42,655 nt of DNA from Actinomycetota bacterium (GCA_046729915.1 JBKPHO010000476.1:1-42655); one strand, 5' to 3'. Shown: positions 13,992 through 23,738, counted from the first letter of the stretch. Made by a program: numbers and translations. The notes: generated from the sequence alone by a model not told the origin.

Positions 13992-15938
13992 ATGGAGCCG
14001 ATCTGGACGCCTTCGGAGCGGGTGCGTGAGCACTCGAACGCGTTGCGGCTCGCACGGAAGCTCGGCTTCGAGGACTACGCCTCGCTCGTGCGCTTCTCCA
14101 CGGAGGAGCCGGAGCGGTTCTGGCCGGCGGCCATCGAGGACATGGGCCTCGAGTTCTCGCAGCCTTGGCACGCAGTCCTGGACGAGTCGCGCGGGCCCGA
14201 GTGGGCGACGTGGTTCGTCGGCGGACGGCTCAACCTCGCGTGGAACTGCGTGCACCGCTGGGCGCACGGGCCGCGTGCGGACACAGCCGCCGCGCTCTGG
14301 CAGGGCGAGGACGGGGTGCGGCGGTCGCTGTCGTACCGCGAGCTGTCGACGGAGGTGACGCGGCTGGCCGAGGCGCTCGCCGCGCTAGGCGTCGAATCGG
14401 GCGACCGAGTGGCGATCTTTCTGCCGATGTCGCCGGAGGTCGCGATCGCCTCGCACGCCTGCGCGCACCTCGGCGCCATCCAGGTGCCGGTGTTCTCGGG
14501 CTTCGCGGCGCCCGCGATTGCCGCTCGGCTGCAGCATTCGGAGGCGCGGGTCGTGATCACGGCGGACGGCTCGCTGCGGCGCGGGGGCGAGGTGCCGATG
14601 AAGGAGCTCGTCGACGAGGCGCTCGCGGAGTCGCCTTCGGTCGAGCACGTCGTCGTGTGGCGGCGGCTGGGCCGCGACGTCCCGATGCGGCCGGGCCGCG
14701 ATCTCTTCTGGGACGAGGCCGTGGCCGACTCGCCGGGGGAGCTCGAGCCGCTCGAGGTCGATTCCGAGCACCCGTACCTGCTGACCTACACCTCTGGCAC
14801 GACGGGGCCGCCGAAGGGCGTGCTGCACGTACAGGCCGGCTTCCTCGTCTCGATCGCCCGCGAGGTCTGCTACCAGGCGGACACCCGGCCCGACGACGTC
14901 ATCCACTTCGTAACCGACATGGGCTGGATCATGGGCCCGTGGGAGGTCGTGGGCGGGATGGCGCTCGGTTGCACAGTCGTGTTCGCCGAGGGCGCGCCCG
15001 ACTGGCCGGCCGCCGACCGGCTGTGGGGGCTCGTGGAGAGCGAGCGCGTCTCAATTCTCGGGCTCTCGCCGACGCTGGTGCGCGCGCTGATACCGCACGG
15101 CGCGGAGCTGGTCGAGCGGCACGATCTCTCGACGTTGCGGGTGCTCGTGACGACCGGCGAGCCGTGGAACCCGGAGCCGTACCGCTGGCTGTTCGAGCAC
15201 GTCGGCGGCCGGCGCTGCCCGATCATCAACTGCTCGGGCGGCACCGAGGTCGGAGCCTGCTTCCTCTCGCCGACCGTTGCGGCACCGATCAAGTCGTGCT
15301 CGCTGGGCGGGCCTGCGCTCGGGATGGCGATGGACGTCGTCGACGCGGAGGGGCGCTCGGTGCGCGGCGAGGTCGGGGAGCTCGTCTGCCGGAAGCCGTT
15401 TCCCGGGATGACGCGGGGGTTCTGGAAGGACCCGGAGCGCTACCTGGACACGTACTGGCGCCGGCTGCCGGGGGTCTGGGTGCACGGCGACTGGGCCTCC
15501 GTCGACGCGGACGGCTACTGGTTCCTCCACGGGCGGTCCGACGACACGCTCAACATCGCGGGCAAGCGGCTCGGACCGGCGGAGCTGGAGTCGGCGGTCG
15601 TGGCACATCCGATGGTCGCCGAGGCGGCGGCGGTCGGCGTGCCTCACGAGGTGAAGGGCGAGGTCGCGTGGGTCTTCTGCGCGCTCGTGCCGGCAGCGGA
15701 GCCGAGCGAGCAACTGGCGGCGGAGCTGCGGGCGCTCGCGGCCGGTGCGCTCGGCAAGGCGTTCGCGCCCGAGCGGGTGCTGTTCGTGTCGGCGCTGCCG
15801 AAGACGCGCAGCGCGAAGATCGTGAGGCGCGCCGTCCGGGCCAAGGCGCTCGGGGCCGATCCGGGCGACCTCACGTCGCTGGAGAACCCGGAGACGCTGG
15901 ACGAGATCGCCGAGGCGGCCGGAGCAACCACGCCCTAG
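13992..15938 (+). CDS. AMP-forming acyl-CoA synthetase of the acetyl-CoA synthetase (ACS) family; substrate unknown
   Basis: ACS-type N-terminal domain ('FWPAAIEDMGLEFSQPW', 'WFVGGRLNLAWNCVHRW'). AMP-binding core 'YTSGTTGPPKGV'. C-terminal 'LPKTRSAKIVRR'. Confidence 0.85.
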   Translation: MEPIWTPSERVREHSNALRLARKLGFEDYASLVRFSTEEPERFWPAAIEDMGLEFSQPWHAVLDESRGPEWATWFVGGRLNLAWNCVHRWAHGPRADTAAALWQGEDGVRRSLSYRELSTEVTRLAEALAALGVESGDRVAIFLPMSPEVAIASHACAHLGAIQVPVFSGFAAPAIAARLQHSEARVVITADGSLRRGGEVPMKELVDEALAESPSVEHVVVWRRLGRDVPMRPGRDLFWDEAVADSPGELEPLEVDSEHPYLLTYTSGTTGPPKGVLHVQAGFLVSIAREVCYQADTRPDDVIHFVTDMGWIMGPWEVVGGMALGCTVVFAEGAPDWPAADRLWGLVESERVSILGLSPTLVRALIPHGAELVERHDLSTLRVLVTTGEPWNPEPYRWLFEHVGGRRCPIINCSGGTEVGACFLSPTVAAPIKSCSLGGPALGMAMDVVDAEGRSVRGEVGELVCRKPFPGMTRGFWKDPERYLDTYWRRLPGVWVHGDWASVDADGYWFLHGRSDDTLNIAGKRLGPAELESAVVAHPMVAEAAAVGVPHEVKGEVAWVFCALVPAAEPSEQLAAELRALAAGALGKAFAPERVLFVSALPKTRSAKIVRRAVRAKALGADPGDLTSLENPETLDEIAEAAGATTP

Positions 15939-16013
15939 TCCTGTCCCTTGCGGCCATGGCCGGGGACAGGCGGGTGGCCTGGAGCAGCTCGCGCTGACCA
16001 CTATCCTCCGCGC

Positions 16014-16784
16014 ATGCCGAACGGCGACGATCTCACCGGCCAGGTCGTGCTCGTCACCGGCGGAGGTCGCGGGATCGGTGCGGGGATCGCGCGCGAGCTC
16101 GCCGCCGCCGGTGCACGCGTCGCGGTCGCCGCCCGCACAGGGGAGCAGGTCGAAGAGGTGGCCCGCGAGATCGACGGCCTCCCGCTCGAGGTCGACGTCA
16201 CCGACCGCGCCGCAGTGGAGCACGTGGTCGCGGAGACCGAGCGCGAGCTCGGCCCGATCGACCTGCTCGCGGCGAACGCAGGAATCGGCGGCCCCGACGG
16301 CCCGACGTGGGAGGTCGATCCGGACGCCTGGTGGCAGGTGCTCGAGGTGAACGTCCTCGGCGTCCACCTCTGCTGCCGCGCCGTCATCCCCGGGATGCTC
16401 GGGCGCGGGCGCGGCCGGGTCGTGATCACGGGCAGCGGCGCGGCGTACCTCCCCGGCGCCCGCAGCACCGCGTATCCCGCGAGCAAGGCAGCCGTCTGGC
16501 GGTACGGCGAGACCCTCGCGAACGAGCTCGAAGGACGCATCCCGGTCTTCGTGATCAGCCCCGGCCTGGTACGGACCGAGATGACCGGCAGCAACTTCCC
16601 CGACGACGCGCCCTGGACGCCGCCGGAGCTCGCGCCGCGCCTCGTGCGCGTGCTGGCGTCCGGCCGCGCCGACGCGCTCGCCGGCCGCTACATCCACTCC
16701 GAGCACGACGACATCGAGGACCTGATCCGCCGCGCGGACGAGCTCCGCGAGCAAGACCTGAACACGATCCGCCTTCGACGCTAG
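16014..16784 (+). CDS. SDR family oxidoreductase
   Basis: 'VVLVTGGGRGIGAGIA' (TGxxxGxG Rossmann motif), 'NAGI' and a 'YPASKAAV' catalytic YxxxK. The internal ATG at 16014 is preferred over the track start at 15948. Confidence 0.85.
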   Translation: MPNGDDLTGQVVLVTGGGRGIGAGIARELAAAGARVAVAARTGEQVEEVAREIDGLPLEVDVTDRAAVEHVVAETERELGPIDLLAANAGIGGPDGPTWEVDPDAWWQVLEVNVLGVHLCCRAVIPGMLGRGRGRVVITGSGAAYLPGARSTAYPASKAAVWRYGETLANELEGRIPVFVISPGLVRTEMTGSNFPDDAPWTPPELAPRLVRVLASGRADALAGRYIHSEHDDIEDLIRRADELREQDLNTIRLRR

Positions 16785-16787
16785 GTA

Positions 16788-16810
16788 GTTTTCGACTGAT
16801 AGTCTAAAAC
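16788..16810. promoter_or_regulatory. AT-rich near-perfect palindrome GTTTTCGACT-gat-AGTCTAAAAC immediately upstream of nadE
   Basis: 9 of 10 arm positions are complementary. It ends 8 nt before the nadE ATG and starts 4 nt after the SDR stop. It is strongly AT-rich relative to its surroundings. Confidence 0.5.
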
Positions 16811-16817
16811 CTGACAG

Positions 16818-18533
16818 ATGAGGCTCGCGCTCGCTCAGCTCAACACCACCGTCGGCGACCTGGACGGCAACCGTGCCCGGATCCTCCAGGCGATCGACGA
16901 GGCGAAGACGGCCGGTGCGGACCTCGTCCTCGTCCCCGAGCTGGCCGTCACCGGCTACCCGCCAGAAGACCTGCTCCTGCGCCCGGGCTTCCTGCGCGCC
17001 GCAGCCGAGTCGCTGAGCGAGATCGCGAGCTCGACCCGCGACGTCGTAGCGCTCGTCGGCTTCCCCCATCTCGACCGCGACCTCTACAACGCCTGCGCCG
17101 TCTGCGCCGAGGGCGAGGTGAAGGCGGTGTACCGTAAGCGCTTCCTGCCGAACTACGGCGTGTTCGACGAGGACCGCTACTTCGCGCCGGCCCGCGACTG
17201 CATCCTGCTCGAGCTGGGCGGGACGCTCGTCGGCCCGACGATCTGCGAGGACATGTGGCAGCCGGGGCCGCCGGCGACTGACCTCGCCCTCGCCGGCGCG
17301 CAGCTGCTGACGAACATCTCGGCCTCCCCGTTCCACGTCGGCCGCGAGCGGGAGCGCGAGGAGATGTTCGCCACGCGCGCTCGGGACAACGCCTGCTTCG
17401 TCGCCTTCTGCAACGCGGTCGGCGGCCAGGACGAGCTGATCTTCGACGGCCACTCCCTCGTGCTCGACGAGGAGGGCCGCGTCATGGCCCGCGCGCCCGG
17501 ATTCGAAGAGGCGCTGCTCGTGGTCGACATCGACGCCGTCGAAGCGGTGGGCCGGAGGCTGCGCGACGTGCGCCGCCGGGCACTCGCCCGGGAGCGAGGC
17601 GAGCTGCCGGACGCGTCGCTCGTGAAGCTGGGGGCCGCGCACGAGCAGGACGCGCCGGTCGAGCCGCAGCTCGCGCAGTCCGTCGACGAGCTCGAGCAGA
17701 TGCGGCTCGCGCTCGAGCTCGGCCTCCACGACTACGTCGAGAAAAACGGCTTCCGCGAGGTCGTGATCGGCGTCTCCGGCGGGATCGACTCCGCGCTGAC
17801 GGCAGCCCTGGCGGTCGAGGCGCTTGGCGCGGACCGCGTCCACTGCGTCTCGATGCCGTCGCGCTACTCGTCCGAGGAGACGCGCCGCGACGCGCGCGTG
17901 CTCGCCGAGTCGCTCGGAACCGACTTCCGTGAGCTACCGATCGAGGGCGTCGTCAAGGCCTTCGACGAGGTGCTCGCGGAGAGCTTCGCCGGGCGCGAGC
18001 CCGACCTCGCGGAGGAGAACGTCCAGGCGCGGATCCGCGGCGTGCTGCTGATGGCCCTCTCGAACAAGTTCGGCTGGCTCGTGGTCGCGACGGGGAACAA
18101 GTCAGAGCTCTCCGTCGGGTACGCGACGCTCTACGGCGACATGGCGGGCGGCTTCGCGCTGCTCAAGGACGTCTTCAAGACCGACGTCTTCCGCCTCGCG
18201 CGGCACCTGAACGAGCGCGTGGGCAAGGAGCTCATCCCGGCGACGATCATCGAGCGCGCCCCGAGTGCCGAGCTGCGGGCCGGCCAGCTCGACCAGGACT
18301 CGCTCCCGCCCTACCCGGAGCTCGACCGGGTGCTCGAGGCGTACGTCGAGGAGGACCGCTCGCGGGAGGAGCTCTCGCAGGACGGCTTCGACCCCGACGT
18401 CGTCGACCGCGCCCTGGCGTTGATCGACCGCGCGGAGTACAAGCGCCGCCAGGCGCCACCCGGCGTGCGCCTCACGCCCAAAGCCTTCGGCCGCGACCGG
18501 CGCACGCCGATCACGAACCGCTGGCGCGGCTAG
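16818..18533 (+). CDS. nadE: Glutamine-dependent NAD+ synthetase (CN-hydrolase domain plus NAD synthetase domain)
   Basis: N-terminal nitrilase-like 'MRLALAQLNTTVGDLDGN...LVLVPELAVTGYPPEDL...ICEDMW'. C-terminal 'VIGVSGGIDSAL' (PP-loop SGGxDS) and 'GNKSELSVGYATLYGD'. Confidence 0.92.
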   Translation: MRLALAQLNTTVGDLDGNRARILQAIDEAKTAGADLVLVPELAVTGYPPEDLLLRPGFLRAAAESLSEIASSTRDVVALVGFPHLDRDLYNACAVCAEGEVKAVYRKRFLPNYGVFDEDRYFAPARDCILLELGGTLVGPTICEDMWQPGPPATDLALAGAQLLTNISASPFHVGREREREEMFATRARDNACFVAFCNAVGGQDELIFDGHSLVLDEEGRVMARAPGFEEALLVVDIDAVEAVGRRLRDVRRRALARERGELPDASLVKLGAAHEQDAPVEPQLAQSVDELEQMRLALELGLHDYVEKNGFREVVIGVSGGIDSALTAALAVEALGADRVHCVSMPSRYSSEETRRDARVLAESLGTDFRELPIEGVVKAFDEVLAESFAGREPDLAEENVQARIRGVLLMALSNKFGWLVVATGNKSELSVGYATLYGDMAGGFALLKDVFKTDVFRLARHLNERVGKELIPATIIERAPSAELRAGQLDQDSLPPYPELDRVLEAYVEEDRSREELSQDGFDPDVVDRALALIDRAEYKRRQAPPGVRLTPKAFGRDRRTPITNRWRG

Positions 18534-18600
18534 TTCGTACTCCGTTTGACCGTCGCGAGTGGCGGGCAACGAGGGAACCGGTCGAAAGGAGGCGGGAGGC

Positions 18601-19023
18601 ATGGAATGGGCTGCGCTGATTGCGTGGATCGCGACCGCGGGAGGCGGCTTCTTCTTGCTGACGATCTGGTTGTCGAGGGGCGGCATGCGCCAGCAGCGCG
18701 AGACGGGGATGAGGATCCGGCCGCCGCTGATCCTGGGGCACTTCCTGCTCGCGGCGACGGGGCTCGTGCTCTGGATCATCTACGTCGCGAGCGACAGCGA
18801 AACGCTGGCGTGGGTGGCATTTGCGCTGCTCGTCGTCGTCGCGCTCCTCGGCTTGACGATGTTCGTCATCTGGTACCAGCGCCGCGAGCGCGGTCCGGCC
18901 CGCGAGGCTGCCGGCATCCCGGCAGAGCAGCACTTCCCCGTGCCGGTGGTGGCCCTGCACGGGGTCCTCGCCGTGACGACGGTCGTGCTGGTCTTCCTGG
19001 CCGCGGTCGGGGTCGGGGACTAG
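18601..19023 (+). CDS. Hypothetical integral membrane protein (about 4 TM helices)
   Basis: Hydrophobic segments 'WAALIAWIATAGGGFFLLTIWL', 'ILGHFLLAATGLVLWIIYV', 'LAWVAFALLVVVALLGLTMFVIW' and 'VVALHGVLAVTTVVLVFLAAV'. The ATG at 18601 follows AGGAGGCGGGAGG. Confidence 0.6.
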   Translation: MEWAALIAWIATAGGGFFLLTIWLSRGGMRQQRETGMRIRPPLILGHFLLAATGLVLWIIYVASDSETLAWVAFALLVVVALLGLTMFVIWYQRRERGPAREAAGIPAEQHFPVPVVALHGVLAVTTVVLVFLAAVGVGD

Positions 19024-19026
19024 GGA

Positions 19027-20103
19027 CTAGATCCCCGCGTCCAGGGGCTCGGGCGGAGGGCCGTTAGCCAAGAGGTCGCGCAGGAGCTGCGGGAGCCGCC
19101 GCGGCACGAGCACCTCGTCGGTAGCGTCGAGCTCGTCGGCCGTCCACCAGCGGATCTCGGCGACGTGTTCCGCCGCGAGGTCGACCCTCGGCTCCGGCTC
19201 GTGCTCCTCGACACGGACGAGCCAGTTCCGCTCGCGCTGACGGTAGATGTGGCCGTCCCAGGCGAAAGTTTGCTCGCGCCTCCACAGCTCCGGGCCGAGC
19301 TCGAAGCCGGTGAGCCCGATCTCTTCCGCGAGCTCTCGCCGAAGAGCGGCCTCGACATCCTCGCCCTTGTGGATCCCGCCCCCGGGCGTCGCCCACCAGA
19401 CCTGCCCGCTCGAGTCGCGGAACTCGACGAGCAGCGTGCGGCCGCGGCGGTCTACGACGAGCGCCCGTGCCGCCGCCCGCTCGAGCGGCTCGAGCCACCT
19501 GTTCAGCTCGCGGAACCAATGCAGCCGCTCGGCATAGGGGACTGCGGCGTTGGCGGGCGACGTCGACGGAAGGACGAAGAGCCCGACATCGTCGAGCGTC
19601 CGCTTCTGCGGGCCCAGCTCTGCTCGCTCGCGAAAGGGGCCGCGGAACGCCTCCTTGCCGACGAACGCGATTGCCCGCGGGCGAAGGTCGAGCGCAAGCC
19701 GCAGGAGCCGCTCGAGCGAGCCCGCGAAGTCGCCGCTGCGTAAGTCGCCGGAGCCCCGCGTGGTCCGGTAGGCCGCGTTGGTGAGGCCGATGCCCAGCTC
19801 CGGCAGGGAGAACTGCTCCTCCGGCGCGTAGAACCTCGGCGTGAAGCCGGCGTCGGCGAGCAGCCGCCAGAAGTCGTTCCGCGGATTGGCGAAGTGCGCC
19901 CCCGCCGCCGCGGAGGCGCGGCCGGGGTTGATCCCGCAGAACGCGACCCGCAGCCCGGGCGCGAGAACATCCGGAACCGCGCCGGCGCTGAGGCGTCGCT
20001 TGCGATGCGGCTTAGGAGGCCGTGGCGGCTTTGCCGGCACGGCCGTTTCAGCGGCAGGCGTGACTGCGGCGCCGCTTCGGCGCGCAGCGCCGCTCATGCC
20101 CAA
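19027..20103 (-). CDS. Fusion protein: G/U mismatch-specific uracil-DNA glycosylase (Mug/TDG family) domain plus a C-terminal NUDIX hydrolase domain. The N-terminal leader is Pro/Lys/Arg-rich.
   Basis: 'LRVAFCGINPGRASAAAGAHFANPRNDFWRLL' closely parallels the E. coli Mug N-terminal active-site region (GINPG). The Nudix box 'GGGIHKGEDVEAALRRELAEEIG' (GX5EX7REUXEEXGU) lies in the C-terminal third. Confidence 0.8.
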   Translation of the reverse strand: MGMSGAARRSGAAVTPAAETAVPAKPPRPPKPHRKRRLSAGAVPDVLAPGLRVAFCGINPGRASAAAGAHFANPRNDFWRLLADAGFTPRFYAPEEQFSLPELGIGLTNAAYRTTRGSGDLRSGDFAGSLERLLRLALDLRPRAIAFVGKEAFRGPFRERAELGPQKRTLDDVGLFVLPSTSPANAAVPYAERLHWFRELNRWLEPLERAAARALVVDRRGRTLLVEFRDSSGQVWWATPGGGIHKGEDVEAALRRELAEEIGLTGFELGPELWRREQTFAWDGHIYRQRERNWLVRVEEHEPEPRVDLAAEHVAEIRWWTADELDATDEVLVPRRLPQLLRDLLANGPPPEPLDAGI

Positions 20104-20163
20104 GCGGACGCGGCCGCATTCGCACCATGAGGCGCCGGCGCGGCGTGCGCACCCACCGGCAGC

Positions 20164-20361
20164 TCATGCCGCGAGCCCCGGGTCACGCGAGTCCAGCCGA
20201 ACTTCGAAGAGCCGCCGCAGCTCCTCACCGGTGATGCGGAGCCCAGACCGAGTGGCGCGCGGGCGGCTCGGCTCGAGCCGCACGACCCTGATGCTCGCCT
20301 CGTCGACCCCGTAGCAGCGAAGGTAGCACTCCTCCTCGGTCAGCCGTCGCAACCGGCGCAC
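20164..20361 (-). CDS. Hypothetical small protein (65 aa)
   Basis: Track ORF with a GTG start and fairly high GC3. No recognisable motif. It lies 36 nt downstream of the ABC permease. Confidence 0.35.
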   Translation of the reverse strand: MRRLRRLTEEECYLRCYGVDEASIRVVRLEPSRPRATRSGLRITGEELRRLFEVRLDSRDPGLAA

Positions 20362-20397
20362 GGCCGGAGCCTATGCGCGGCCCCGGACGTAACCGGA

Positions 20398-22962
20398 TCA
20401 CTCGTATTGCAACGCCCGCAGGACGTTAAGCTGCGCGGCCCGGCGCGCCGGAATGATCGCAGCCAGCACGCCCACCACGATTGCCGCCAGCACGAAGTAC
20501 ACGAGCTGCAGCCACGGGATCGCGAAGACGACGCCCTGGTCGGAGAGCGCCTGCGAGACAAGCGCCGCGAGGAAGACTCCGACGACCAGGCCCAGAGCGG
20601 CGCCCATCAGCGCCGTGACGATGCTCTCGTACCGGATCATCATGCGCACCTGCCGCCTGGTCATGCCGACCGCCCGCAGCATCCCGAGCTCGCGCGTGCG
20701 CTCGTAGACCGTCAAGACGAGGGTGTTGATGATCCCGACCAGGCTGACGATCACCGAGAGCGCAAGCAGCGCGTAGAGCAGGTTGAGGATCCTCTTGATC
20801 GGCTTGATGAAGTTCGCCGTGAACTCGTCGCGCGTCTGCACCTTGGCGTCCGCGAAGCCCGAGACGTCGTCCTCGAGCGTCGCCGTGTTCGCGTCGCTGA
20901 CGCCGTCGGGCGTGTTCACCAGGACCATCTCGTCCTGCGGCCGCGGGATGTACTTGTCGAAGAGCGTCGTCGAGATGGTCGCCTCGCCGAAGGGCGAGCC
21001 GCCGTTCGGCTTCTCGTAGATCCCCTTCAACCGCAGGTTGACGCGTCTGCCGTCCGGAAACTCGAGATTGACCACGGAGCCGAGGTGCAAGTCGTGCGAC
21101 TTGGCGTAGTCGCTGTCCGTGAACCAGCCATTGGTGCCGAGTCGCCCGGGAACCGAGCTCCCGCCCGCCTTCCAGTCGATGCGAACCCCCGTCCCGATGT
21201 TGGGCTGGACCGCCGTGAGGTTGTGGTCGCCGCCGAGAAAGCGGGCTGATCCCGCGCGAATCGGAGTCACATCGCTGACCCCCGGCTTGCCGACGAGCGA
21301 CTTCCCTGCGGCGACGTCGATCGGGGTGAACGTGTTGGTCGCCGTGATCGCGTAGTCGGCGATGAAGAGCTCGTCCACGGCGTCCTCGAACGACTTGAAC
21401 ACCCCCTGGCCGAAGATCGCCACGAAGGTGACGAGCGCGAGGCCGATCATCAGCGCCGAGGCCGTCGACGCCGTCCGAGCGGGATTCCGCGTCGCGTTGT
21501 CCCGCGCGAGGATGCCCGGCGCACCGCCGATCGCCCGGGCCGGCGCGCCGAGGACGCCGGCGAGCGGCCGGACGACCCGCGCCGCGTTCATGGAGACCCC
21601 GAAGAAGAGCAGCAGCACACCCACGCCGATCAGCAGCAGGCGCGGCCCCGTCGCGATGCCGGTCCCAAGCGTCCCGAGCGCGACGAGCGCGATGGCAGCG
21701 GCGAGGATCCCGAAGGCCGTGACCGGCCCCCACTTCGCGAACCTGGAGACGGGCAGCACGGATCCCTCGCGGACAGCCGCGATCGGCGGCACGCGCGTCG
21801 CACGGCGGGCCGGGCGGACGCTGGCGAGAAGCGTGACGATCGTCCCGACGACGAGGGCGACGATCACGGTGCGGGTCGCGAACACCGTTTCGCCCTGCGG
21901 CAGGTCGATCCCCACGACGACGAAGAGCTTGTTCAGCAGCTTCGCGAGGCCGAGGCCGAGGAACAGCCCCACGACAGAACCCAGGAGCCCGATCACGAGG
22001 GCCTCCACCACGACCGACCAGAGGACCTGGCGCCGGGATGCGCCCAGCGTGCGGAGCGTCGCGAACTCGCGCATCCGCTGGGCGATCGTGATCGAGAGCG
22101 TGTTCGCGATCACGAAGGCGCCGACGAACAGGGCGATCCCTGCAAAGGCGAGCAGGATGTACTGGAAGAACGAGACGAAGTCGAACTGCTTCTTATCCTC
22201 CTTGACCTGCGCCTGCGTGTCGCGGACGGTGGCGGTAGGCGGCAGCAGCGGCTTGATCTCGGAGATCAGCTTCGACGTGTCGACCCCGGCCTTCGACTGG
22301 ATGCGGATGACGTCGAGCTGGCCCGGCTTGGCGAACACGCGCTGCGCCGTGGGCAAGTCGAAGAGGGCGAAGGTCGCGGCGCCGATCGAGCCGACGCCCG
22401 TGAGCTTCGCGATTCCGGAGATGCGGAAAGATCGCTGCGGGCCGACCGCCTGCAGCTTGATGGTGTCGCCGACGTTGAAGTCCTCTCTCGAGGCCGTCGC
22501 CTGGTCGATCGCGACCTCGTCCGGCCCGCTCGGCCACGAGCCTGCCGTCAGCTCGGTCGGATTGAACTGCTGCTCGCGCGGGTCGACGGAGAAGCCGAGC
22601 GACGGGGCTCCACCCGTGTCGATCACCTTCCCGTCCTTGCCGATCAGCTTGACGCTGTCGCTCGTCACCGAGCCTGCGGCCGCGGCCACGTCTGGAAGCT
22701 TCTTCACCTTCGTGAGCACCGACTCCGGGAAGGTCGGCGTCTCGACGCCGTTTCCGTTCTCGTTCTTGAACGCGGCCTCGCCGCTGATGACGACATCTGC
22801 GTTCTTGTACGAGTTCGTCACGATCGTGTTGAAGCCGTTGTTGATCGTGTCCGTGAGGATGTAGGTGCCGCTGATCATGGCGACCCCGAGCACGATCGCG
22901 ATCGCGGTTAGCGAGACACGGACCTTGCGGCCCGCAAGGCCCTTGAGCGCGACCGTGAGCAT
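20398..22962 (-). CDS. ABC transporter permease, FtsX/MacB-type with duplicated FtsX domains (854 aa)
   Basis: 'MLTVALKGLAGRKVRVSLTAIAIVLGVAMISG' (typical MacB/FtsX N-terminus), large extracytoplasmic domains and two C-terminal-style FtsX 4-TM blocks. The ATG overlaps the ATPase stop (ATGA). Confidence 0.85.
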   Translation of the reverse strand: MLTVALKGLAGRKVRVSLTAIAIVLGVAMISGTYILTDTINNGFNTIVTNSYKNADVVISGEAAFKNENGNGVETPTFPESVLTKVKKLPDVAAAAGSVTSDSVKLIGKDGKVIDTGGAPSLGFSVDPREQQFNPTELTAGSWPSGPDEVAIDQATASREDFNVGDTIKLQAVGPQRSFRISGIAKLTGVGSIGAATFALFDLPTAQRVFAKPGQLDVIRIQSKAGVDTSKLISEIKPLLPPTATVRDTQAQVKEDKKQFDFVSFFQYILLAFAGIALFVGAFVIANTLSITIAQRMREFATLRTLGASRRQVLWSVVVEALVIGLLGSVVGLFLGLGLAKLLNKLFVVVGIDLPQGETVFATRTVIVALVVGTIVTLLASVRPARRATRVPPIAAVREGSVLPVSRFAKWGPVTAFGILAAAIALVALGTLGTGIATGPRLLLIGVGVLLLFFGVSMNAARVVRPLAGVLGAPARAIGGAPGILARDNATRNPARTASTASALMIGLALVTFVAIFGQGVFKSFEDAVDELFIADYAITATNTFTPIDVAAGKSLVGKPGVSDVTPIRAGSARFLGGDHNLTAVQPNIGTGVRIDWKAGGSSVPGRLGTNGWFTDSDYAKSHDLHLGSVVNLEFPDGRRVNLRLKGIYEKPNGGSPFGEATISTTLFDKYIPRPQDEMVLVNTPDGVSDANTATLEDDVSGFADAKVQTRDEFTANFIKPIKRILNLLYALLALSVIVSLVGIINTLVLTVYERTRELGMLRAVGMTRRQVRMMIRYESIVTALMGAALGLVVGVFLAALVSQALSDQGVVFAIPWLQLVYFVLAAIVVGVLAAIIPARRAAQLNVLRALQYE

Positions 22963-23738
22963 CAGGCCGGTGCCTGGGTGAGCTCGTCCATCGCGGCGAT
23001 CACGGCGCCGGGATCGGCGCGCGGCATGTCGCGCACGATCAGGCCGTCCCCAAGGAAGAGGATCCGGTCGGCGATCGCGGCCGCATGCGGATCGTGCGTG
23101 ACCATCACTGTGGTCTGGCCCAGCTCCTCGACCGAGCTTCGCAGCAGCTCGAGGATCTCGCCGCTCGTCTTCGAGTCGAGGTTGCCGGTCGGCTCGTCGG
23201 CGAAGACGACGGTCGGCCTCGAGATCAGCGCCCGCGCGATCGCGACGCGCTGCTGCTGGCCGCCCGAGAGCTCGGCCGGCCGGTGGCTGCGCCGGTCGTC
23301 GAGCCCTACGGTCTTCAGGAGCTGCTCCCGCCATTCGCGCTCGGGCTTCTCACCGGCGATCGTGAGCGGCAGGACGATGTTCTCCTCTGCGTTCAGCATC
23401 GGCAGCAGGTTGAAGAACTGGAAGACGAACCCGATGTGCTTGCGCCGGAGCTTCGTGATCTCCGTGTCGTTGAGCTCCCCGAGCTTCGTGCCTGCGATCC
23501 AAACCTCGCCCGAGGTCGGCCGGTCGAGCGCGGCGAGGATGTGCATGAGCGTCGATTTGCCGGAGCCGGACGGCCCCATCACGGCCGTGAGCTTGCCCTG
23601 CTGCACGTCGAGCGTTACGCCGCGCAGGGCGTCAACGGCGGTGTCGCCCTCGCCGTAACGGCGGGTGACGTCCCGCCCCGCGACGACGGCGCTGGGCGCG
23701 CGATCGACATCCACGGCTGGTAGTGCGGCGGCTTCCAT
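22962..23738 (-). CDS. ABC transporter ATP-binding protein (MacB/LolD-like)
   Basis: Walker A 'GPSGSGKST', Q-loop, signature 'LSGGQQQRVAIARAL', Walker B 'VVFADEPTGNLD' and H-loop 'VTHD'. Start is at 'MEAAALPAV...'. Confidence 0.9.
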   Translation of the reverse strand: MEAAALPAVDVDRAPSAVVAGRDVTRRYGEGDTAVDALRGVTLDVQQGKLTAVMGPSGSGKSTLMHILAALDRPTSGEVWIAGTKLGELNDTEITKLRRKHIGFVFQFFNLLPMLNAEENIVLPLTIAGEKPEREWREQLLKTVGLDDRRSHRPAELSGGQQQRVAIARALISRPTVVFADEPTGNLDSKTSGEILELLRSSVEELGQTTVMVTHDPHAAAIADRILFLGDGLIVRDMPRADPGAVIAAMDELTQAPA

